From Candidatus Marinacidobacterium sp. (GTDB taxonomy: Bacteria > Acidobacteriota > Vicinamibacteria > Marinacidobacterales > Marinacidobacteraceae): a stretch of 64,000 nucleotides of DNA. The position numbers were made by a program, and so were the translations under genes. The notes under the pieces are model-generated. The model had not been told where the DNA came from. It made no database searches and saw nothing but the letters and a program-made list of their open reading frames with translations. How positions within the stretch are numbered: the first letter of the stretch is position 1; every line of letters starts with the position of its first letter. Shown in pieces: positions 57,123 to 64,000 of the stretch. The stretch covers positions 3,520,001 through 3,584,000 of the forward strand of contig OZ242011.1 of assembly GCA_965204755.1 (NCBI GenBank), read 5' to 3'.

Positions 57123-59777
57123 ATGCGAGACCCCTTCGACCCGCGGCTCCGGGCATACGGCGCCCCCGCGGCCCCCGCTGCGTTCGGGGCGCTCCTGGCC
57201 GTCTCGACCCTCGTCGGCGCCGCCTCGGCGCAGACGCCTGCGGAGAGCCCGTTCGAGCCCGCCGGCGGCTATTTCGAGCCTGCCGGCGGCTATCCGGCGG
57301 CGCGCCACGGCGGGAACTACATGCACAACTACTACTTCCCTCCGGCGCCGAGCGGCACTCCCTGGGCGCCGGCCTGGGCCCCGGACGGCGCCTCCATCGC
57401 CGTGGCGATGTCCGGCTCCATCTGGCGGGTGGATCCCGAGACCGGCGCCGCCGAAGAGTTGACCTCCGGCCCCGGCTACCACTCGCTGCCGGCCTGGTCG
57501 CCCGACGGTCTATACCTCGCCTATACGGTGGACGACAACGGCGGCAACATCGGGATCGGACTCCTCGACCTCGAATCGGGAGAGCAGCGAATGCTCCTCG
57601 ACGACGAGCATCTCTACACCGATCCGACTTTCTCCCCGGACGGGACGAAATTCGCCTATGTCACCACCGCTCCTTCCGGCTACTTCAATGTCCGCATCCG
57701 GGAGTTCCGGGACGGCGGGCTGACCGGCCCCGCTATCGAGGTGACGCGCGACAACGACTTCGGCCGGAACCGGCTCTACTTCGGCCCCCACGACATGCAC
57801 ATCACCCCGGCCTGGATGCCGGACAGCCGGGAACTGCTCCTCGTCTCCAACCGGGATGTGCCGCTCGGCTCCGGGAATGTGGTTCGCGCCGCCGCCGCGC
57901 CGGACGGTTTCGAAGAACGGACGACGGTGCTGGCGGAGCAGTCGCTCTACCGCACCCGGCCCGATGTCTCGCTCGACGGCAAACGGTTCGTCTATTCCTC
58001 CACCGCCGGCGCCGCCGACCAGTTCTCGAACCTCTATGTCCAGCCGACGACCGGCGGCGCCCCCTACAAACTCACCTTCTTCCAACACGACGCCTTCCAC
58101 CCGAGATGGTCGCCGGACGGCGAGTGGATCGCGTACATCGACAACGAGGGCGGCCTTCCCCGGCTGGCGCTCCTCGAAACCTACGGCGGCAAGCGCCGGG
58201 TCGTCCGCATCACCCGCCGCGCCTGGCGGCGCCCGACGGGCATCCTCTCCGTGCGAACCGTGGACGGAACGACCGGGGAGGAGACCGCCTCCCGCATCCA
58301 TCTCGCCGCCGGCGACGGCCGGTTCTACCCGCCTCCCGACGCCTTCGCCCGCATCGGCGGCGCCCGGGAACATTCCTTCCACCAGTCGGGGCGGTTCGAG
58401 TTGGAAGTTCCCGTCGGCCCGCTGGCGGTCGAGGCGGTCAAGGGATTCGAATACGAGCCGGCGAGCGAGCGCGTCGAGATCACTCCCGGCGATGTGACCG
58501 AAGTGACGCTCCGCCTGCCGCGCCTCACGGACATGGCGGCGAAGGGTTGGTGGAGCGGATCCACCCATGTCCACATGAACTACGCCGGGAACCTCCACAA
58601 CACGCTGGAGAACCTGATGTTCATGTCCGCCGCCGAAGACCAGGATGTGGTGCTCGAACAGATCGCCAACAAGGACAACCGCATCCTGGACTACCAGCAT
58701 TTCGTTCCCGGCGGCGGCGCCCATCCGCTCTCGACCGAGGACCGCATCCTCGTCGTCGGACAGGAGTACCGGCCGCCCTTCTACGGCCATGTCTTCTACT
58801 TCGGCTTGCGCGAGCACCTGATCTCGCCCTTCGTCACCGGTTACGAGGGAACCGGCATCGAGAGCCTCTACCCGTCCAACACGGACATGTTCCGCAAGGC
58901 GAGGGCGCAGGGCGCCACCGTCGGCTATGTGCATGCGTTCTTCGGGGAGGACGATCCGCTGGTCGGTCCGGACGGGGGGCCGGGGAGCCTCGGCGGAGCG
59001 AAGGGCTACATGGTGGACGCCGCGCTCGGAACGACGGACGCCGTGGAATGGTCGGAAGCGTCGCGCGCCGGATTCCATCCCTGGTACGCGACCCTGAACA
59101 ACGGCCTGCGCGTAACGGCGGTCGGCGGCGAAGACTCGATCAGCAACATGCAGCGCTCGAAACTCGTCGGCTCGGTGCGCACCTATGTCCACACCGGGGA
59201 CGAGGGGCTGGCGCTCGAACCCTGGCTCGCCGGACTCCGCGCCGGCCGCGCGTTCGTGAGTTGCGGCCCCCTCCTCGACTTCCGGGTGGAGGGAAAGATG
59301 CCGGGAGGCGAAGTGGAAGTGGCGGCGCCCGGCGGCGAGGTCGCGTGGAGCGCCTGGATCCGCTCGCCCACGCCGCTTGAACGCGCCTGGCTCGTCCGAA
59401 GCGGCGAGGACGCGGGCGAAGTGCCCCTGTCCGCCGACCGGAAGTCGGCCACCGCCACCGGGACCATCGCGGTGGACACCAGCAGTTGGCTGATCCTCCG
59501 CGCCGAGGGCTCACCCGAAGAGCGCCGCCCCCTCGACTGCAGTTACGCCCAGGCATTCACCAACCCGGTGTGGGTCTCGGTGGGCGGCCAACCCGTGCGC
59601 AGCGCCTCCGCCGCCGAATACTCGATCCGCTGGATCGCCCGACTCCGCGAGATGGCCGAGGCCTGGCCCGGCTGGAGATCCGAAGCCGAGCAGTCCCATG
59701 TCTATGCCCAGTTCGACGAAGCCCGCGCCATCTACGAGAGTTTCCTGACCGAAGCCCGCACCCTCGACCGCCCGTAA
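57123..59777 (+). CDS. Exported CehA/McbA-family metallohydrolase with N-terminal PD40/TolB-like propeller
   Basis: Signal peptide, repeated PAWSPDG/PTFSPDG/PRWSPDG motifs, PHP-like WWSGSTHVHM, GQEYR..YGH, YVHA, GGEDS, AFTNPVWV. ATG after AGGAGAGG. Confidence 0.85.
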   Translation: MRDPFDPRLRAYGAPAAPAAFGALLAVSTLVGAASAQTPAESPFEPAGGYFEPAGGYPAARHGGNYMHNYYFPPAPSGTPWAPAWAPDGASIAVAMSGSIWRVDPETGAAEELTSGPGYHSLPAWSPDGLYLAYTVDDNGGNIGIGLLDLESGEQRMLLDDEHLYTDPTFSPDGTKFAYVTTAPSGYFNVRIREFRDGGLTGPAIEVTRDNDFGRNRLYFGPHDMHITPAWMPDSRELLLVSNRDVPLGSGNVVRAAAAPDGFEERTTVLAEQSLYRTRPDVSLDGKRFVYSSTAGAADQFSNLYVQPTTGGAPYKLTFFQHDAFHPRWSPDGEWIAYIDNEGGLPRLALLETYGGKRRVVRITRRAWRRPTGILSVRTVDGTTGEETASRIHLAAGDGRFYPPPDAFARIGGAREHSFHQSGRFELEVPVGPLAVEAVKGFEYEPASERVEITPGDVTEVTLRLPRLTDMAAKGWWSGSTHVHMNYAGNLHNTLENLMFMSAAEDQDVVLEQIANKDNRILDYQHFVPGGGAHPLSTEDRILVVGQEYRPPFYGHVFYFGLREHLISPFVTGYEGTGIESLYPSNTDMFRKARAQGATVGYVHAFFGEDDPLVGPDGGPGSLGGAKGYMVDAALGTTDAVEWSEASRAGFHPWYATLNNGLRVTAVGGEDSISNMQRSKLVGSVRTYVHTGDEGLALEPWLAGLRAGRAFVSCGPLLDFRVEGKMPGGEVEVAAPGGEVAWSAWIRSPTPLERAWLVRSGEDAGEVPLSADRKSATATGTIAVDTSSWLILRAEGSPEERRPLDCSYAQAFTNPVWVSVGGQPVRSASAAEYSIRWIARLREMAEAWPGWRSEAEQSHVYAQFDEARAIYESFLTEARTLDRP

Positions 59778-59800
59778 CGGTCCGTCACCAGGACTGCCAG

Positions 59801-59809
59801 TGATATACT
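59801..59809 (+). promoter_or_regulatory. Extended -10 promoter (TGaTATACT) upstream of the NACHT gene
   Basis: Near-consensus TGnTATACT ~100 nt before the start. Confidence 0.55.
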
Positions 59810-59911
59810 CCCGCAAGACGGCAGTAGCCGGGTTCCCGTGAAGCCTCGTCGCCCCGCCCATCGCGCCACCCGGCCGATGGTGCGCCTTGAACCCCTGCCT
59901 GGGGGCTGGCC

Positions 59912-62368
59912 GTGATGCTCACGGAGAAGGCCGCCTCGTATCTGACGGCGTGGGGCTATCAGATTCTCGACAGGAGTCCTGACTTGCTCGTCGCACGAAA
60001 GAAGGACGAGGTCGGTTCCGAGAACATAAAGTGCGTCTGGATTTCGGAGCGCGAACCTGACAGTGCCGTTGAGGACAAGTTCATTGAACGTTTTCTTGAC
60101 GACGATGTCTCGACTCGCCATGCGTCCGTCGACAAGATTTTCTTGACAGAGAGTCTCAACTACTCCTCACAGTTCCGTCGAGACTGCAGTAAGGAACTAC
60201 GAGTTCGGATCTTGTCTCCCGTGAGGTTCTTCGACACCCCCTTCAACTTCGACAACGACAAGGCGGCCGCCGGTGTCGTCAAACAGCTGGCCGACGACGG
60301 GAAGCAGTGGGAGGCGTGCCGCGTACGGCAACCCTTCAGTATCGTCGCCCGTTCACTTGATGATCGGGAGCGGGAAATCCACCGTGAAAAGGATCTGGCC
60401 GAACATCTTTTCGGGCAGGTGAGGCAGCGCGCCCGGCGACCTCAGCCGACGCTATGGATAGTCGCGGCTCCAGCCGGATGTGGAAAAACTCGGCTCTTTT
60501 CGTCCCTTTTCGCGGGTGTCTACGGCGAGTTCCACAGCCACAAGAATAGGCACATGTTCTTTCCGCGCCCCTTTCCCATGGTCGCGGAACATCTTCGCAG
60601 AGCCGCTGGGCCCAACATTACGGGCCTGATTGACGCGTTCCTTAAGACGGACTTTGCGCGCCATGCCGACGAGCGCATGTTTCGGTGGATGGTTGATCAC
60701 GGTCACGCGCTGTGGATGTTGGACGGGTTGGACGAAGTGATCACGGGTGATCCATCGTTCGTGCCGTGTTTGTTGGAGTATTTCACTACTCCCGCGGCGA
60801 CACCGTTCGTTCTCATGTCCGTGCGAGATTCGGTGCTGCGTTCGAACGAGGATCTTGCGGAACTGATCGAGGGGAGTGGGGAAGCGGTCACAGTCTTCGA
60901 ACTGGAGCGGTGGGGACGACGAGAGAAGCGCCAACTGGCTTGGACGCAAGTCCATAGGCGTCTCCCGGCCCGTGGACTGAAGGACGACCGGCCGATCTTG
61001 GACCTGATGTCCTCTCTGACTCGCGACGCGGTGGCGAACGAGTTGTCGTCAACGCCGTTCTATGCGTCCATTCTGGCACAGGAGGCCGGGAGGGACGCGC
61101 GGAAGAGGTTGGAGGGCGAACTGGGGCTGCTTGACATGGCCGTGGAGGCAATGTGCAAACGGGAGTACAGGAAGGGTGGGCCGATTGACGAGAGGGTCCT
61201 GTCGCTCGCGGCGTTTCGGGAGTGGCTTGAAGAAGTGGCCGCTGAGGTCGTGGAGAGCGACGGTATGGAAACGGATCGCTTGGTGGACCTGGCCGAGTTG
61301 GTGATGGCCCTCGTAGAGGATGGCTCTGAAGCATCCGAGCACCGCAGTCCGCTGGTAGAGCAGATCAAGGCGATGCCTTTCTTGCGCATGACTCGGGCAT
61401 CGGACCGACTGGAGTTCGTCCATGAACTACTTGGCGACTACTTGGCGGGCTCCTACTACCTCCGCCGTACACGCGAGGAGACGGAACGAAAGGTGTCGCT
61501 GAGGCATCGAAGAACGGTGCAGTTGGGGCGATACGTTGGGCGAGCAGATCTCCCGAACGACTCCCTTCGCTTGCGGACGATGGCCGTCGGCTTCGGAAAG
61601 GATCGTGAAGTCCTTGTTCGTGCGCTGATCGAGGCACCGAGTTGCGCCACCGGGGAGGCGTTGCGAAACTGTCTGCGGATCATTGCCCAGATGGAATCGG
61701 GGCGCGAGATCATCGATCGAGTGAACATGTCGTTGGAGGGGCAGGATCTCTCGGGAGTTGATTTCGGGGACCTGGATCTGACGAGGATGAACTTGGCAGG
61801 CTCTGACCTGAGTTTCGCGAACTTGGAACGTGTGACCCTGCGTGAAGCGGGACTGGAATCCGTACGTCTTCGGAACACGGTGTTTGCGGGCGCGGAGAGC
61901 GGTCTCTTGGACGGAGCGAGCTTTGGCGGAGGGCAGAATTTCGTGTCCATCCAAAGCGAAGGTCGCGAGATCACCAGCTATGCGCAGTTCCGGAAATGGG
62001 CGGTGAGAGCGACGAGCGTGCCGATGGACAGCGATCGACCGTGTGGAGCGGTGCGGCAACTCGCGCACATCTTCGGAAAGTTCGTGCGACCGTCCGGCAG
62101 CGCTCGTCGAGACGAAATCGATGAGCGAGGAGTTCTTCGGGGGCGAAGAGAGAAGGGAGTGAAGAGTTATCGGCGCGTCGTGGAGGAAGTCAGGAAGTGG
62201 GGCTACCTGGAGTCGAGGCATCGCGGGCGCGTGGGTAAACCAGGTCCGGAGAAGTACGCGGAGATCGTGCGCTTTGTGATGGACTCTCGGGGCCTCTCGT
62301 CGGGGCTTCGGCAGATCGCAGACTCGGTCTGTGAGGAGCCGGGCTGCGAGCACGTGGACAGGGAGTAG
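59912..62368 (+). CDS. STAND/NACHT NTPase with N-terminal restriction-endonuclease-like domain, pentapeptide repeats and a C-terminal wHTH-like/Cys-rich tail
   Basis: Walker A APAGCGKT, Walker B WMLDGLDE, MSVR (sensor), STPFYA, EFVHELLGDYLAG. Pentapeptides LEGQDLSGVDFGDLDLTRMNLAGSDLSFANLERVTLREAGL. AT-richer than its neighbours. Confidence 0.82.
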   Translation: MMLTEKAASYLTAWGYQILDRSPDLLVARKKDEVGSENIKCVWISEREPDSAVEDKFIERFLDDDVSTRHASVDKIFLTESLNYSSQFRRDCSKELRVRILSPVRFFDTPFNFDNDKAAAGVVKQLADDGKQWEACRVRQPFSIVARSLDDREREIHREKDLAEHLFGQVRQRARRPQPTLWIVAAPAGCGKTRLFSSLFAGVYGEFHSHKNRHMFFPRPFPMVAEHLRRAAGPNITGLIDAFLKTDFARHADERMFRWMVDHGHALWMLDGLDEVITGDPSFVPCLLEYFTTPAATPFVLMSVRDSVLRSNEDLAELIEGSGEAVTVFELERWGRREKRQLAWTQVHRRLPARGLKDDRPILDLMSSLTRDAVANELSSTPFYASILAQEAGRDARKRLEGELGLLDMAVEAMCKREYRKGGPIDERVLSLAAFREWLEEVAAEVVESDGMETDRLVDLAELVMALVEDGSEASEHRSPLVEQIKAMPFLRMTRASDRLEFVHELLGDYLAGSYYLRRTREETERKVSLRHRRTVQLGRYVGRADLPNDSLRLRTMAVGFGKDREVLVRALIEAPSCATGEALRNCLRIIAQMESGREIIDRVNMSLEGQDLSGVDFGDLDLTRMNLAGSDLSFANLERVTLREAGLESVRLRNTVFAGAESGLLDGASFGGGQNFVSIQSEGREITSYAQFRKWAVRATSVPMDSDRPCGAVRQLAHIFGKFVRPSGSARRDEIDERGVLRGRREKGVKSYRRVVEEVRKWGYLESRHRGRVGKPGPEKYAEIVRFVMDSRGLSSGLRQIADSVCEEPGCEHVDRE

Positions 62369-62435
62369 CAGCGAAGTCGGCGGCTTGGTTTGGAGTGCGA
62401 CCGCGCATTGGGTGCGGTGACGGGCGTCGCTGCCA

Positions 62436-64000
62436 TCAGGGGCGGAGGGGGCGGCCGGCCAAGGCGTTCGTGGCGGCGCCGCCGCGGATGGCGAAGACGC
62501 CGTTCACGAGGACCTGGACGGTTCCTTCGGAGTAACTGCGCGGGTTCTCGAAGGTGGCGGTGTCGCGCAGGCGGTCCCGGTCGAGGACGACCAGGTCGGC
62601 CTTCATTCCTTCGGCGAGGTAGCCGCGGTCGGTCAATCCCAGGAAGTCGGCGGCGAGGCCGGTCATGCTGCGGATGGCGAAGGGCAGGGAAATGATTCCC
62701 TCGTCGAGGGCGTAGCGGCGCAGTTTGCGGGTGAACGCGCCGGAGACCCGGGGGTGGCCGACCTCGGCTTCCGGAGGGATGTCGCGGCCGTCGGTGCAGG
62801 TCATCATCCAATCCTGCTGCGCCAGGAACCGGGTGTTCTCCTCGTCGTAGAGCCGGAGGTTCATCACCGAAGCGTTTCCGCCGCGCAGGACCTCCCGCGC
62901 CGCCGCCGGGGGATCGAGTCCGAGTTCGTCGGCGACTTCGGCGAGCGTCTTGCCGTTCAGTTCCGGGCGCGCCGAGGAGAAGAGGATGGCGTCGGCGCCG
63001 CCCCGGATAGCCAGCATCTCGGCGGTGGCTTCGCCGATGACCGCGGCGGTGTTCGGGTCGTCGAACCGGGCGAGCATCGCCTCCCGCCCGCCGGCGGCGG
63101 CCCAGCGCGGGACCGTGTAGGCCCGGAGGCTGGACTGGGTGGCGGTATAGACATGCTGGGCGCCGGCGACTTCGACGCCGCGCTCGCGGGCCTCTTCGAT
63201 GAGTCGGGCGCCCTCCGGGGCTCGCCCGTAGTTCCGGACGCCCTGCGCGTTGAAGTGGCTGAAGATCACCCGCAGGCCGGATTCCTCGCCGATGCGGATC
63301 GCTTCTTCGATGGACGCGAGATAGCCGAACGAGGGATAGGCCGCTCCGAGGTCCCGGTCGTGGGTGTCGTAGATGGTTCCGCCGGCGTCGGCCGCCGCCC
63401 GGCCGAGCGCGATGACCTCCTCGGTCGTCGCGTAAGTTCCGGGGACATAGAAGAGCCCGGTCGAGAACCCGAACGCGCCTTCCTCGACGCCTCGGCGCAC
63501 GAGGGCCTCCATCTCCCCGAGTTCCTCCCCGGTGGGCGCGCGGTCCTCTTCGCCCATCACCCGGCGGCGAACCGCTCCGTGGCCCACATAGGTCAGGGCG
63601 TTCACGCCGATTCCGCGCGCTTCCCAACCGGCGAGCGTCGCCGCGACTTCCGGGGAACCCCCGCCGTCCACGCCGAGCACCACGGTGGTGATGCCCTGGT
63701 GGAGGAAGGGCAGCGCCTCCTTGGCCCAGTCGTCCCCGACCTGCGAATGGGAGTGCATGTCGATGAATCCGGGCGCGACGAGCAACCCGGAGACATCCAG
63801 CGTCTCCTCGCCGGTGATCCCGGCGGCATCGGCGTCCCCGACGAAGACGATCTCGTCCCCGGAGACCCCGATGTCCGCGCGCACCGGTTCGTTCCCGGAA
63901 CCATCCAACACGGTTCCGCCGGCGAGCAGCAGTTCGACCGACTGCCCGCCGCAACCGGAAGCGGCGGCCAGCGCGAGCGCGGCGCCGGCGACGAAAAGGG
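62436..64000 (-). CDS. N-acyl-D-amino-acid deacylase/amidohydrolase lipoprotein (5' end beyond window)
   Basis: APGFIDMHSH, GFSTGLFYVPG, HPRVSGAF, RSMTGLAA, RGYLAEGMKADLVV. The frame stays open to the window edge and reads LFVAGAALALAAASGCGG (lipobox). Confidence 0.9.
   Translation of the reverse strand, partial: LFVAGAALALAAASGCGGQSVELLLAGGTVLDGSGNEPVRADIGVSGDEIVFVGDADAAGITGEETLDVSGLLVAPGFIDMHSHSQVGDDWAKEALPFLHQGITTVVLGVDGGGSPEVAATLAGWEARGIGVNALTYVGHGAVRRRVMGEEDRAPTGEELGEMEALVRRGVEEGAFGFSTGLFYVPGTYATTEEVIALGRAAADAGGTIYDTHDRDLGAAYPSFGYLASIEEAIRIGEESGLRVIFSHFNAQGVRNYGRAPEGARLIEEARERGVEVAGAQHVYTATQSSLRAYTVPRWAAAGGREAMLARFDDPNTAAVIGEATAEMLAIRGGADAILFSSARPELNGKTLAEVADELGLDPPAAAREVLRGGNASVMNLRLYDEENTRFLAQQDWMMTCTDGRDIPPEAEVGHPRVSGAFTRKLRRYALDEGIISLPFAIRSMTGLAADFLGLTDRGYLAEGMKADLVVLDRDRLRDTATFENPRSYSEGTVQVLVNGVFAIRGGAATNALAGRPLRP

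Noticed and set aside
59778-62435. Integron cassette, IS ends or target duplication around the NACHT gene
   Set aside because: No convincing attC, inverted repeat or direct repeat was found. Only a weak CGCCCGT-A/C-AC inverted similarity, compatible with chance.

Overview
High-GC bacterial DNA, probably chromosomal. Gene content and order (tRNA-Val-thrS-infC-rpmI-rplT-zapB-like-zapA, M14 peptidase, CehA/McbA hydrolase, TonB receptor, giant Calx-beta autotransporter) suggest an Acidobacteriota-like diderm, possibly a marine host (sponge) symbiont. That assignment is inference only. The first 29.6 kb is one intact ORF for a ~9,855-aa surface protein: about 77 tandem Calx-beta/Calx-like Ig repeats in nested arrays of 717, 1041, 351 and 693 bp, an (EP)10 linker, Ig-like domains and a C-terminal autotransporter-type beta-barrel. 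The rest is mostly housekeeping and catabolic genes: thrS, infC (ATC start), rpmI, rplT, zapA, thiL, gatCA, an agmatine deiminase-transporter-aguB cluster, yhhQ, rfbB, ilvBNC, rpmB and several exported hydrolases. The most notable unexplained items are: (1) the giant adhesin with its divergent distal block, mosaic stalk and seven RGD motifs; (2) an AT-richer solitary STAND/NACHT gene with an unusual REase-like/NACHT/pentapeptide/wHTH-Cys layout (candidate defence sensor); (3) a MITE/REP-like palindromic family found three times just after stop codons; (4) a signal-peptide-bearing agmatine deiminase next to a transporter and cytosolic AguB. No CRISPR array, reverse transcriptase, transposase or integrase was seen. 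All calls are by eye; no database searches were run.
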